Shown in pieces: positions 1-15,000 of a stretch of DNA of 64,000 nt. The position numbers and the translations under genes are program-made. Location of the stretch: positions 18,039 to 82,038 of the IMG/VR virus record IMGVR_UViG_3300010344_000600. The stretch is one strand, 5' to 3'. The stretch comes from a virus (Duplodnaviria > Caudoviricetes). The first letter of the stretch is position 1. Each line of letters opens with the position of its first letter. Under the pieces are notes generated by a model. That model was not told the origin of the DNA. It ran no database searches and saw nothing but the letters and a program-made list of their open reading frames with translations.

Positions 1-2
1 CT

Positions 3-3000
3 GATCCTATTGCCATTGCCGAAGCACAGACACAAGCCAGGGTCGATGCAGCCCGCGCCGATGAACAGCGCACGGCCGCCCGCAACCTGATTCGTGATCG
101 CGTAGCGCATGGCTACACGGAAATCAAGGATGGCGCCCTGCTCAACCCGAAAACCGGGGCGACGCATCCGCTGAACAATCCGGCCGAATTCCTGGTGGCG
201 CACAACGCACTGCGCAATCGCATCGATGAAGCGGCGCATACGGCGGCAACCAGCCATCAGAACGACCTCACACAACCAAGCGACGCACAGAAAGAAGCGG
301 GTAACTATGCCAAGGGTCATGTTGAATGGAACGGGCTGAACCTGGCGATCGAGAACCCAAAGGGCTCTGAACGTTCAGGAACCGACCCAAATGGGAAAGC
401 CTGGTCGGTAACCATGCCCGGGCATTATGGCTACGTTAAGAAGACCCTTGGCGCCGATGGCGATCAAGTGGATTTGTACCTGGGTAATGCGCCGCACAGC
501 AAAAAGGTGTTTGTCGTCGACCAGATCGACGCTGATACCGGAAAGTTCGATGAGCACAAAGCAATCGGCAACGTGCGCGACGAGGCTGAAGCAACCAAAC
601 TCTACGATGCCGGATTCTCCGATGGCAAGGGGCCACAACGGCGCGGCGCCATTACCGAAATGAGCGTTGACCAGTTTAAGGACTGGGTGAAGAAAGGTGA
701 TACGACGAAGGCTCTGGCTTACAAAGTGCCAAATATGGCACCTTCGCCAAAGGAATCTGCACGCAGTAAGCCACGCCTTGGCGAGTCTCCGCAAGAGGTC
801 TGGGCCGCGATCAAGGCCGCCAACGGCGGAATAATCGTCAATGGCCGCACGGCGCGCCCAGCGATCCGCGTTCCCGGGCTCACCGGAACCTTCAGCCTGG
901 CCAACGATTTCACGCTCGACAAGCTGGTCGCTGGCGGAAAAGGCTTGATCAAGGCAACCCGCGAAGAAAACAAGGCGGTCGATGCCGCTGTCGATCAGGA
1001 CCGGGCTGAAGTCGTGGCCATGTCGCAATGGGGTCAGCACGCCGGCGACAAGAACGGAAACCAGAAGGTTATCCAGGTCCTGCACTCACCCTCCGGTAAT
1101 TCCTATCAAACCCAACCCAACCCCACTCAACCCGAGGAAAACAATGCCACAATCCCGGAAGCCGCTCAAGCCATCGAAGCAGAAGCGCAAGGATCGGAAC
1201 AACAACCCGCCGTTGAAAATGACGAAAGCCGGTTTGTTGCTGCCGCGGCTGAACTGGGCCTAAGCCCGTTCAACAATAACCCAAACATTCAGGCGCGGTA
1301 CTTTGGCCCCTATAACCGAAGCGGTGAGTTGATTGAAAAAGAGACCGTCGTCTCGCTGAATCGCAACCCCGATGAGAGAGTATTTCCTTATCGGCTTATG
1401 CACGTCAATATGGTCAGCAAACCGCAGATATCGCTTGTCGATAAGCGTTTCAAGACACTTTCTGATGCGGTTGAAGCGACTCGTGAAGCCTTGGTTGTGG
1501 CTGAGAAGAACGCCCCTACTGAAAACAAGGACGCTGAAGTTAGCGCTGAATTCAACCAGGAGGCAACTGAATCCGCGCCTGGTGAAATAAATACAGATAT
1601 TGCAGAGAATGCGCAAAATCCTGTTGCAAACGAGGATGATGCACAGAATACCGCTTCAGAACTGCCCTTCGGTATCGAGATCAAGTCTTTCCAGCACACC
1701 AAAACCGGAGAAACCAAGTTCGCTGTCGTCGTTCCCGTCCGCACATCGAGCGAGGACTATCAGACACTCAACAAGACAGCGATCAAGCACCGCGGGCGCT
1801 ACTCGTCGTTCAAGGGGTCCGGCGCGGTGCCGGGATTCCTGTTTGGCAGCAACGAGAATGCGGTTGCCTGGGCGAATGATCCGGCGGTCGCGGGGGTGTT
1901 GAAGGGGTATGAGAAGGCCGACGAAACAAAGAGCGAGGCGGCGACCCCGAAAAAGCCTGAAGAAAGCAACCAGGAGCGCAGCTTTCGTAAATGGGGGGAG
2001 AACTACAACACCGTCGTCAACACGGCTGATCTGTCGTCGGTATCCCTTGCCGACCTCGAACGCGCCGATAGTTGGGCGGACAGCTTCATTGCATCAGAGC
2101 GGAGGAAGGGATGGGACGGTGGCGCCGTCAATGAAACTATCATCAATGCCATGGCGCCCGACGTGGCGGCGATCAAGGCCGAGTTATCTAAGCGCTATGC
2201 CGAGCGCGATGCGCGGTTGGAAAGTGCAAAGACCGGCGCTGTTCTGGCCAAAGCCGGAAGCATTCTGCTGGACGAGTACGGCGAAAACGAATGGTCTCTT
2301 GATGCCGACTTAATTGACGATGTTGCAGCACGGAATTATGTAACGATCCGCCAGGGAATGATGGGAGAACGAAAGCAGGCCGTTACTCCCTACGAAATCA
2401 AGAAGCGCATTGCTGAAGATGCGAAGTTCAGGGCCGAGCATCCGAACAAGTCGAAGGCAGAAGAAAACACCCCTTCGGCAAGTGATGCTGTTCCTACCGA
2501 AGCAACCCCCGCTTCGATACCCTATCAATACTTGCTCACTGGCGAACTATGGGACGCCATGAGCTACAGTCAGCACGAGGCGATTGCCAACGGCTATATT
2601 GGGGGCATGCGCGCTGTCGTACATCGTCTGTCAGGTTCCAAGTGGGCCGATATCGGACCGGGCGAACGGAAGTCGCTGCAGGAGTCCTACGACAAACTGG
2701 AACAACAGCGCGAGTCGAGCCGCAAGGCCGATGAATCGCAGGAAGTAGCCCGCGCCGCTGCCGAGGCCGAGGTTTTCGAGGCGATGCGCCAGGTTCCGGC
2801 CGTTATCAATGCGGCGACCAACAGCCCGCACAATTTAGATGTCGAGATCGAGCGCCAGGTAGCGCAGTGGCTTGGGGATCAAATACACGCGGCGGCGATT
2901 GCCGGCGATGGCGACCGGGCGCGGGCACTCTCCAGCCTACTGGCCGACAACAAGCCGGTACTGCCGCCATCCTTCTTCGAGGGGTTGAAAGAATCGCTCA

Positions 3001-6000
3001 AACAGGCTGAGGCGATCGACAAAGAGGATGCGCTGGCCGAAAAAGGACATGACCCGGCGAATCTCGCCTACGTTAAAGCCGAGCTACAGGCTGATCAGAA
3101 GGACGCTTTCCTGCAGGGATGGGCGCATGCCCTGGCCGGCAAGACGAAGTCGACGCTCCCGGGCAATGCAGCAGCGGCCAAGGGATACGATACCGCACGC
3201 GAATGGCTGACGACGCCGGAAGGGCGCGCAGCGTTCTCCGGAAAGCGGGCGAAGAAGCTGGAAAACACCGGGGCCGACCTGCGCCGCTGGTTCGACAAAC
3301 AGAAAGCCAAAATCCGCGATGATAGCGACAACGAAGCGGTGATTGCGGCGCTTGATCTGGCCACCGGCCGCGCCGACCTGATGCGCGGCATGGTCGCCGA
3401 TCTGGCAACTCCCGGAACGCTGCGCTGGATGGAGCAGATGCGCTACGGCGTGATGCCATTCAAGCAGTGGATTACCGAGCGCGGCATGCTACAGCGGTTA
3501 TACGGCCGAGTTGGTAACACGGATACGGCCCGCATGAGCCTCTACCTGGAGGGCAAGGCCTACCTGAAAGATGATCTGGAGAATCCGGACGCGCCGCGTT
3601 CGTTCTTTGATGAAATCAAACTGGCCAGCACTCGGGAACAACGGATTGCCAAGCTGCGTGACGCCGCACAGGAATACGCGACGCTGATGAGCCTGCTGAC
3701 CGACGGGGTAAGAGCCGCTGGTACCGTCGAGGAAGCGGCGCGCGCGCTGCAGTCCGTCCTGTGGGGCGACGAATCGCAGGAAATGACGTTCAACGTCTAC
3801 GACCAGAAGAACTACAGCGATACCGGGAAACTGGTAGCAACGCTGCTGTCGCACCCCGACCGTACCGCCTGGAGATTCGCGTGGAACGGCAAGAACCTGA
3901 GAGACCAGACCTACAGCCTGCGCGGACTGATCGATAAGGAGAATGATGCACTGACGACGACCAAGAAGGCGGCGCTGGTACCGCCTAGGCTGGATCACGT
4001 CGAGCGTACCGGTGAAGACTATCGCGGCGGGTCCAATGTCAGTCCGGAGCAGTTCAAGCGAAAATTCAACTTTGCCGACGTCGGTTTCGGAAAGTGGGTT
4101 AATTCTCGGCAGGATCAGGATCACTTGAATTATGCCTACGATGCTTTCCTCGATCTGGCCAAGTTGCTGAATGTTCCGCCGGAGTCGATCGCGCTCGGCG
4201 GGAAACTGCATTTCACGATCGGCGCGCTCGGACAAGGCAAGTTCGCCGCGCACTACGCGCCGTCGCAGCCGCATCCAGACGGAGGAACGGTACCAGTAAT
4301 CAATGTCACCAACACGCGCGGCGATGGCACGGTCGCCCACGAATGGGCGCATGCGATGGACCTGACCCCACAGGAGCGGCTGTCTGTCGAAGGGGATTAT
4401 GCGCATCTGGCGCGGGCGATCTCGATAATCAAGGCCGATCTCAAGTACGCCTATCACTTTGATGCAGTCAAAGCGGGCGTCATGCGCATGCTGGGCGGTG
4501 ATGCATGGTGGAAAGGCGACAAGCGATCGGCACAAACCGATGCCGGGCGGCTGGAAAACGCACGCCGGGCGATTGACTACTACAGCGGAGCCAGTCACCA
4601 GCTTTCGACGTACTACAAGGAGGCTATTAAGCTCGACGGCAACAAGACCAAAGACCCGTACTGGTCGAATGATCTGGAGTTGTTCGCCCGCGCCTTTGAA
4701 GGCTGGACTGGCGACGCGCTTAATGGCACGTCAACCTACCTCGTCAACCCGGAATGGTCCGGCGAGGGCATGGTGACGGACAAGACGCACCGAGGTACGC
4801 CGTATCCCTTGGGCGAAGAACGTGAACGCTTTGCCCAATGGTTCGACGCCCTCGCCAAGTCGATGGTCTACGATGCAGAAATCAAAGCACTGCGCCTCGA
4901 TGCGTTGAAATGGGCCGAGAATCGGCCGAAGCATGGAGATGAGTGGAAAACGGCGCTCGATGATCTGCGCGCCTCGCTACCGGCTATTCTTAAACAGGTC
5001 AAGCAGGAGCAGGCCGAGAAAGAAGCGACAGAAAGCGCGGCGCGTGATGAGGCGCGGACGATGGCCGTCGGGGATGTGATTCGCGCGCGGCGCATGAATA
5101 ACGGGCTGTCCTCGCGTTTCCCTGATCCGTTAACGATCACCGCTGTCACTCCGACACCGGACGGCCTCGGCGTGCCGCGGATCTCATTCATGGTTGATGA
5201 CCCAGCCGGAGTAAAGCCGACCGAGCATACCTATACCGGCGAGTTCTTTGAGGTCATGGAGCGAGCAACTGATCGCGCGCTCAAGGAAGCCGCAGCAGCC
5301 AAGACCGAAGCAGAATCCAGTGCGCCAGCCATTGAGCCGACCGGAACACTGTCCGATACTGACTATGAAAGGCTGTTCGATGAAGCGGCGGCCGAACTGA
5401 GCGAAGCGGCAGCCGAACAACCGGAATCACCGGTGACGGCCGCGTTGCCTGGTGGATGGACGGTTGAGGACGTCAAGGAGATTCAGGCACTCGTCAACGC
5501 CGGAAAGATCGTTTTGGTGGCCGATGAGAAACTCGGCATACCGACCATTCACGACTTTTCTGGACGGTCGGCGCATCTTGGGTTTGGCACCTTCCGTCTC
5601 AGTACGCCGGAATTTGAAGTGCTGTTCGACGGCGGCGCGGCGATGCACAATACGCCATCTGGAAAAGGCTATACAGTCGTCCTGGTGAATAGCGGAACGT
5701 TCCCCTACGATGAGGCGGGCGTCAAGGCAACGCTGCAAGGGTTGCTGTCTGGAACCGGTACTGCCGAGACAGCCATAGCCGCAGAAGACAAGGGAAGCAT
5801 GCCGGAACCTGACGGCCAGCCGGACAAGAAAGACGAACAACCCAAGCCCGCCAAGAAGCCACGGCCCGGAAAACTACCAAAACTGGACGATCAAGTTCAA
5901 AAGACCGCATCAGCATTGATCGCCGACGCGGCCAAGATGGGCGTCAAGGGCGTCGACGAGGCGCTGACCGGACTCGTCAAACTGTTCGGTGGCGGGGCCG

Positions 6001-9000
6001 GAAAGCTCATGTCGTTCCCGGCTGGCATGGACGAGGATACCTACAAGTCGGCTAAACCGCACTTCGAGGCAGCGCTCAAGAGTTTCCAGGAAGCGGGCAT
6101 GTCGCTGAAAGACCTGTTCAAATGGCTGATCGAGAAGTTTGGCCTCGGGATCAAGCCCTACGCGCTGCACTTTGCCAAGGAGAGCGCGCTGTCGACAGAT
6201 CTCGGCGAGAAACCAAGCGCGCGCCTGGCAGTATCAGGCTTTGTGCAGAAGCAGATGGCCAAGAGCGAGGCATTTACCAGCCGGCAACTGTTCGACGAGG
6301 CCGATCGCGCCTTTGGTGGAACACAAGCTGAGGGCAAGTATTCGCCGAAGGATGCTTACGACGCGATGGAATCCGGTGTGAACCAGTACCTCCTGGCAAC
6401 CCCGTTCCCGATCGCTGTTGAGGCCGATAAGGCCGCCGATATCGCTTCGTTGCTTCAGGACAAGATTAGGATACTTCCGACGCAGACCCGGCGCGATGCG
6501 GAAATGGACGAGTTTCAGCAGTTCTCGACGCCGCCGGCGCTGTCCTATGTCGCTAACTGGGTAGCGGCGATCAAGCCAGGCGAGATCATGGCCGAGCCAT
6601 CGGCCGGAACCGGCGATCTGGCGGTATGGGCGAAGAAAGCGGGCGCTGACCTGATCCTCAATGAGCTCTCAAGCCGGCGCGTGTCCGGGTTGAAAGAGTT
6701 GTTCCCTGGCGCTCGGGTGTTTTCTGAAAACGCCGAGCAACTGCACAACGTCCTGCCGATCGATGCGGTACCGACTGTCGTGGTGATGAACCCGCCGTTT
6801 TCTGCAACGGCTGGCCGCGCCGCGGGAACGCGCGATACGATGAATGGCGCCCGGCATATCGAACAGGCATTGAAACGCCTGACGCCGAATGGCCGACTGG
6901 TAGCCATCGTCGGACAGGGGATGGCCGCCGATCGCCCGGCGTTCAAAGAGTGGTGGAAATCTATTTCAGCGACCTATAATGTAAGAGCCAACATCGGGAT
7001 TGACGGCTCGGAGTACGCGAAATACGGCACCACCTTCGACAATCAAATACTCGTTATTGACAAGGACGGACCGACGCAAGGCGTAGTGCTGACCGGAAAG
7101 GTAGCGAGAGTCGCCGAATTGCCGGCTTTACTGGAGAAAATCCGTGATACTCGACCGCAACCCACTCGACCCAATCGCCCGGGCGAATCAGATGCCGATC
7201 AACCGGGCGGCAGCGACCTTTCTGACCAAGACGGACTGGGGTATCAACCCGGCGGCGATCTGCGTCCTGACACTGATGCGCTGGGGTCTGGAAAACGGCC
7301 TAAAGGCAAAGGGAATAAACGAGGCGGGCGGCTGGATCAGCAGTCTGGCGGAACGCCGGGGGCCGCTGGGGATGACGCAACTGGTGACCGGGGAGCAGGA
7401 GGGGGAGGCCAATCTAACGGAAACGGACCTGATGACGGAAACGGATCCGCTGGGAGCAGCGGCGATGCTACTGGAAAGTCTGGTGCTGAACTACAAAGCG
7501 GGGTTGTAGGCCTCGAAGCCATTGACGCAAAGAAGAACACGGACGAAATATCCGATTCCGTTTTCGAGAACTACTATCCGCAGCGCCTCTCTGTTCCGGG
7601 GGCCAAACCACACCCCGGCCGGCTGGTACAGTCCGCGGCGATGGGCGCCGTCGAGCCGCCTGCTCCAACCTACGTGCCTAACCTGCCAAAGAAGGTGATC
7701 GATAAGGGGTTGTTGTCGATCGCGCAGATCGAGTCCGTTGTTTATGCCGGGCAGGCGCATAACCAGATGCTACCGAATGGCGAACGGCGCGGCTTCTTCA
7801 TCGGCGATGGAACCGGGGTCGGAAAAGGCCGTGAAATCTCCGGAATCATCCTCGATAACCTGCGGCAAGGGCGCGACAAGGCGGTATGGGTGTCGTTCAA
7901 TGAAGGCCTGTTCACCGACGCCAAGCGCGACATGACCGGTATCGGGGCTGACCCGGAGCAACTGTTCTGGCTGGGCAAGACAAAGGCCGACGCCGCTATC
8001 ACCGCCAAGCGCGGCGTCCTGTTTACAACCTACAGCACGCTCGGGCGCGGAGGAAGCAAGAAGCAGGCAACAGCCGACGCGACGACCGGAAAGAGTAAGC
8101 CGGCCAAAACGCGCGGCGACCAGATCGTCGAATGGCTGGGCGAAGACTTTGATGGGGTCATCGTCTTCGATGAGGCGCACTCGATGGGAAATGCTATCGA
8201 GATGCGTGGACGACGCGGAAAGAAGAAGCCATCGGCGCAGGCGATCGCCGGAATTGATCTGCAGAAACGACTGCCCAAGGCGCGCATCGTCTATGTCTCG
8301 GCAACCGGAGCAACCGAGCTCTCCAACCTGTCCTACGCTTCGCGCTTAGGCTTGTGGGGCGAAGGAACGCCGTTTGCGACACCGATCAAGTTCATCAATG
8401 ATGTTTCAGCAGGCGGGGTCGCAGCGATGGAGTTGATCGCGCGCGACATGAAGGCGCTCGGCATGTATATCGCGCGCTCACTATCCTACGATGGCGTCAC
8501 TTATGAGCGGCTTGACCATGAATTGACGCCGCTACAGACCGATATCTACAACGAACTTGCAAAGACCTGGCAGACGGTACTGCTGAATGTTAACGAGGCT
8601 CTTGGAATAACCGGACAGGACATGAGCGGCGACGCCAAGAGCGCGGCGCTATCGGCCTTCTGGAGCACGCATCAACGATTCTTCAATCAGGTCATCACGT
8701 CCATGCAGACGCCGACGGTGATCGAGAGCATGCGTCAGCAGATCGCCGCCGGTCATGCTGTCGTTATCCAACTGACTAATACCAACGAAGCCGAGCAGGA
8801 GCGCCAGGTCGCGCGTGCTCAGGCAACCGATACAGCCCTTGAGGAACTTGACTTTACGCCACGTCAAGCGCTGATGGACTACGTGCGCAACGGGTTCCCA
8901 GTAGCGGCCTACGAGACGTATGTCGACGATAACGGGAATACACGCTCCCGGCCGGTCGTCGATTCCGAAGGAAATCTTGTGCAGGACCAGGACGCCGTGG

Positions 9001-12000
9001 CCATGCGTGACCAACTGCTCGGAACGCTTGAGCAGATCCGGGTACCTGAGAATCCAATCGACGCGATCATCAACGCCTTCGGCTCGGATAAGGTAGGCGA
9101 GGTCACTGGGCGAAAACGTCGCTTTGTGCAGACGCGCGACGAGGACGGAAACCTCAAGATCGTTGAGGAAAAGCGCGGATCACATGCGGCCAAGAACGAT
9201 GCTGATTCCTTCCAGGACGATAAGAAGCCGATCCTGATCTTTTCTCAGGCAGGCGGTACCGGATACTCGTTCCATGCCTCAAACGAGGTCAAGAACCAGC
9301 GGCGACGAATTCACTACATCCTGCAGCCGGGGTGGCGTGCTGACGTGGCGATCCAGGGAACCGGTCGGACGCACCGCACGAACCAGGCCAATGAGCCGCA
9401 TTACGCGCTGCCGACGACGAATCTAAAGGCCCAGAAACGATTTGTCTCGACCATCGCCCGGCGCATGGACCAGATGGGTGCGCTAACCCGCGGGCAACGG
9501 CAGGCGGCCGGGCAAGGACTGTTCTCGGCGGCGGATAACCTTGAGAGCCAGTACGCGATTGACGCGCTCGATATGTTCTTCAACGACCTGTATTCCGGGA
9601 AGACGCCACTCAATTTCAACGACATTACGCAGGCCATGGGGCTGACCGGACTGATCAATGAGGACACTGGGGGGCTGAATACCAGCAGGTTGCCGGAGAT
9701 ACCGCAATTCCTGAACCGCTTGTTGTCGTTGCAGACGCACGAGCAGGATGCCGTTTTTGATGAATTCTCGAAGCGGCTCGATGAAATCGTAGCCTACGCC
9801 GTGCAGAACGGAACATTCGATAACGGACTGCAGACGCTGCGCGCTGAATCGATCGTCAAGAAGCGTGACGAGGTTGCTTACGTAGACCCGAGGACGGGCG
9901 CTGAAACGCGCTATATCGAGGTCGACGTAACGAATCCTATCCGATACACAAAATGGAAGGACGCCTCAGCAATCAAGGGGTTTCCTGACTTCAAGGGATG
10001 GTTTAAGGATCAGCATGGACGCCTATTCGGATTCCGCGATCTTGGGGATCGCGTCGATGCTGCCGGAAAGACTGTTCGCCGTGGCGCCAAGTACGACACG
10101 CGGGGACGGACGATCTACGTCGACAATGCGGCTGATGTCCTGCAGGGATACCGCTACATCCACAAAGACGGGCTCTCGGTGAAAGAGACGATCGCTATCC
10201 CGATGAATATCGCCGACATGCCCGCCGCCTGGGCGGCCGAGATTGAGGTGGCACCGAAGAAATCGACACAACTTAACCGACTGGTCGTCGGGGTTATCTT
10301 GCCGGTGTGGGATCGGGTGCGTGGTCGCTCGACAATCGTGCGGCTGCAGACCGACGATGGCGAACGGATGATCGGGCGCTTATTAACTACGAAGGATGCG
10401 GAGGCAACGCTAAAGAATCTTGGTCTCGGTTCATCCGTGTCGAAACTATCTACAGCGGAAGTGCTGTCGCGTATCCTCGCCGGGGAGAAGGCGATCCTCG
10501 GTAACGGATGGGAAATCAGCCGGGTCAAGGTATCAGGGGAAGATCGCCTAGAACTGAAATCGTCGTCTGGATACTTTGCCAACGGGGATCAGTCGATCCT
10601 CAAGTCGCAAGGCGTATTCTTTGAGCGCATCCAGTGGAACGAGCGCGCCTTCATTCCGATGGGGGAACAGGCGGAATCTGTCTTCAAGCGCGTCACTGAG
10701 TCGCGGCAGGTCGTAGATCTAATAGGTAGCAGCAAGAAAGCACAGGATGATGCGTCCGAGACAGTTTTCTCCATGGGTAGCGGCGAAGTGCGCATCTCGA
10801 CTGCCGACAAAGCCGTCTACGGCATGGCCAACGAAGGTCGCAGCGCCGCCGAGATCCTGGGTTTCATCCAGGCATCGTCGCGGAACCCCTTCTATCGCCA
10901 GTTGGCCAAGTTACTGCTCAAGACCGGGATCAACCCATCGGTAACAGTCGGTGACTCCAAGGGCTGGAAATTCAACGCCGGCCGGGACAACAAGTATTCG
11001 GCGGCCTACAACCCAAAGACGGATGCGATATCGCTGTTCCGTCCGGCATCGGCTGAGCGGCATGCGTTACACGAGATGGTACACGCAGCAACCATCAAGG
11101 CATTACAGAAACAAGGGCTTTCCTCGCTCAAGATGCGCGCGCTATTCGCGCATGTGAAGAAGTCCGGCAAGCTCAAGGGCATGTACGGCATGACGGATAT
11201 CGACGAATTCATGGCCGAAGCCTTCACAAATCCATTCTTCCAGGAGAAATTGCGCTCTGTGTCCGCGCCGAGTGGAATGAATGGACTCAAGAACGCATGG
11301 CACTGGTTCGTGCGCGTGGTGAGCAAGATCCTCGGGTTGGAACAAGGTGATGAAACTGCACTTTCTGCTGTGTTGAGTATTGGTGTTGGGGTGATGCGGG
11401 AGAACAAGCAAGCCAACAATAGCGAATCTACTCGTTCTGGCTATACTGAGAGCATGGCTAAAGACAACCTTGACCCAGACGACAAAGAAGCGGCCTTCGT
11501 TCAAAGCAATGTCGAAGGAAAATCACTGCTTGAGGTTGCGCAATGGATTGAATCAGCCGGGGCGCCTTCCGAGCGCCTGATCGCCAGCAAGGTTATCGAT
11601 CGCTTGCAGATGTTGCAGCGGGCCGGCGTTGCTCTGAATTTCAAGGTAGCGCATGTGGGCGACAAAATACCCGTCTCCCTGGCTAACGCACGTGGGATGG
11701 CCTCCTATAACTTCGGGAAGAACGATTCCAGAATTGATGTATGGGTCAATGGATCTGACGTAACGGGCAAGGTCGGCATGAGTCCCTACATCGTGCTGCA
11801 TGAGCTCGTCCATGCGGCAACAATGGGAGCAGTTCGCCTTGGAAACTATAAGGTAGCTGCGGGAACAAAGTTGGCGGCCGACGTCGCTGACCTGTACGCC
11901 GTCAGCAATGCAGTAAATACCCACATCAACCAGAGGATTAAAGCCGCGAAGCAGGGGAAAACGAAACTTACGCCGTTTGAACAAGCGATGTTTGATGGCG

Positions 12001-15000
12001 ACATCAACGCTTTCAGTACGCCGAACGAAACCCTGGCCTGGGCGCTGACGGATGCGAAGGCACAAAGCTACCTTGAATCCATTCCCTATAAAGGAAAGTC
12101 GGCATGGACCGCCTTCGTTCAGGCGATCCGTAACCTGCTGGGTTTGAGCCCGTCTTCCGATACGGCTTTGTCTGAAGTGCTGCGCGTAGCCGAAGCCTTG
12201 ATGAGCGACAACATCAACGAAATGATACCGATCGCCAATGCGACGGGTACGGCCATGACGGTGCAGTCTTCGTCGGTGCAGGAGGTGGCGACGAATGATG
12301 ACATCCGCTACTCCACTTCCGCCGACCCATCCGCCATCAACGGCACCCCCGATATCGAGCGCTGGCGCGACATCCTCAAGAGCCCAGATGTGCTGAAGTC
12401 GCTGCGTCAGCAAATCGCTGATCAGTTCCAGTCGCAAAAGACCTTCAACTGGTGGCACCGTACCATTGGGTCGCAGTACCACAAGGCCAAGGTCGACGCC
12501 GATTTCGCCAAGGTCTATGAACGCGCTCAGCAGTATCTCGACGATACGAGCCGGCTGGCCAACGAAGCGGCCGACCTCGCCCCCGGTCTCCTACCCAAAA
12601 CCAACAACATGGCCGATGCGGCGCGCGGCATCTACCATATGTTCGGTGACAAGAAGGATGCGCAGGCCATTGCCGGCCCGGTCTTCCATGGCACGATGCT
12701 GGAAAAGACCTTCACCGATGACGAGTTGCGCAATCCGCCCGAGGATATTTTCGGGAAACCGCAGTTCGCGCCCCTGACAGACAAGCAGATCAAGCTGTAC
12801 CGGCAGTACCGGGCGACGATCGACAAGAGCCTCGACGACCTAGCCATCTCAGAAATGGCCCGCTTGTCGCGGACCTCAAAGATGCTGCAAGCGCCGCAGG
12901 GGCTTTCCTTGCGTGCGACGGTGGCCTTCTATCGGGAACAGTACGAAGCGGCCCTGGAGAACGCGCAAACCGCCTTGGCGGACGTGAAACAGCAGCACGC
13001 CGACGATATGGCCATGCTCGAATCCGCGGCACAGGATCAAGCCAGCAATGCCGACGAGCGGAAAAAGTACGCCGGTCTGCGCGAAGCCATGAAAACACGC
13101 CAGGCCGCCGAGCTATCCGCCGCCCAGCGCACCGTCGACAACCTGGAAGAGCTGGACAAAGGAATCGTCGGACGCGCCGGGATCATCGAGAAGTTGAAGG
13201 GCGAGGGCTACTCGCCCCTGATGCGCTTCGGCCAATACACGGTCGACGTGTTCTATGAGGACGAGAACGGAAAGCCGATGAAGGATACCGACGGCAACGA
13301 AATGCGGCCGTTCTTCGGCATGTACGAGTCCGAGGCGATGGCCAACAAGGTCGCCCGTGCGCTGACCGCCGAGTACCCGGATGCGACGGTCAAGAAAGGA
13401 ATCATGTCACAGCGTGATTTCTCGCTGTTCAAGGGCGTTACACCCGAGACGCTGGAAATCTTTGGTAAGTTGATGGGCGCTGAGCAGGATGAAGCCTTCC
13501 AGAGTTACCTGAAACTGGCGGTCAACAACCGATCGGCCATGAAGCGTCTAGTGCATCGCATGGGGGTCGCTGGTTTCAACGATGATCCGACGCGCGTACT
13601 GGCGTCGTTCATCACCAGTAACGCGCGGGCGGCGGCCGGCAATTATCACCTGGGCGAGATGCTGCGCGAGACCTCGGCCATCCCCAAGGGCAAGGGCGAC
13701 GTCAAGGACGAAGCGGTCAAGCTCCTACAATACCTGCAAAACCCATCGAGTGAAGGCGCTTGGTTGCGTTCGCTGCTGTTTGCCAACTTCCTGGGGGGCT
13801 CGGTCGCGTCAGCACTGGTCAATCTGACGCAGACGTTCATTACGACGGTTCCCTTCCTGCATCAGTTCGGTGGCAATACGACCGGCAATGTCCTCTCCGC
13901 AATGAAACTGGCGGCCGGGCGCATGGGCACCAAGAAGAAGACGACCGGCGACGCGGTCCTCGACCAATCTTTGAAGCGGGCCGAAGAAGAAGGCGTTGTT
14001 TCCCCGCACGAGATTCACATGCTGCAAGGCGAGTCCATGCGCTCCGGGGTCCTCACCGGAAACCGCTTCACGCGCAATCTGATGAAGGGTTGGGGTTCGT
14101 TCTTCTCCGTGGCCGAGCAGTACAACCGGGAAGTAGCCTTCATTGCCGCCTACAAGGTGGCGCAAACCAAGGGCATGAGCGGAGAACAGGCGTATCAGTT
14201 TGCCGTCGATGCGGTCAATCAGACGCAGTTCCAATACTCGAAGGCATCACGCTCGAACTGGGGGCGCGGGCCGGTAGGGGCAAGTCTGATGATATTTAAG
14301 ACGTTCACCCTGAGCTACCTGGAGTTTGTCAAACGGCTACCGCCCAAGGAGCGGGCTCTGGCCATGGCCGTCCTGTTTGTCGCGGCCGGCGCGCAAGGTT
14401 TGCCGTTTGCCGACGATCTGGATGATTTGCTCGACACCATCATGCAATCGCTTGGATTCGCATGGAATACCAAACAGGAGAAACGCGCGGCCATCGCCAA
14501 GGTGCTTGGCGCGGACGCAGCGGGCTTTATTCAGTACGGGGTGAGTTACGGCCTTCCGATCGACCTATCGGGCCGCCTTGGCCTTGGAAACCTGATTCCC
14601 GGCTCTGCTGCCTTCAAGCCATCGGAAACCAATAAGACGCGCGACGTGGCTGAATTCTTCGGCGCGGCGGGCGGATTGTTGCAGCAGGCCATGAAAGGCT
14701 TTGAGAAAGTGCAGTCCGGTGATGTGCTCGGCGCGGCCAAGGCGCTGGCGCCGAAAGCAGCGGCCGACGCCATTAAAGGTCTCGACATGGCGAACAAGGG
14801 CTACTACACCGATACAACGGGCCGCCGAGTCGCAGACGTATCGGGATTGGATGCGCTGGTCAAGGGAATAGGATTCCAGCCTGAAGTCATTGCCGAGGAT
14901 GCCCGCGCCCGCTCGATCGTGCAGGACCAAATTACCCTGGATCGTTCGGTGCAGGGTCATATCCAGTCGATGTGGTCACAAGGGTTGATCGAGAATGACC

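Noticed and set aside
195-197. GTG at 195 as the start of the giant gene
   Set aside because: The frame is open to the window edge with ordinary codon usage; the real start is upstream.
3498-4598. 366-aa and other minus-strand ORFs inside the giant gene
   Set aside because: Antisense shadows of a GC-biased coding region, with no motifs or RBS.
7150-7500. Gly/Asp-rich low-complexity tract as a DNA repeat element
   Set aside because: No exact nucleotide periodicity; it is a disordered linker between the MTase and helicase domains.
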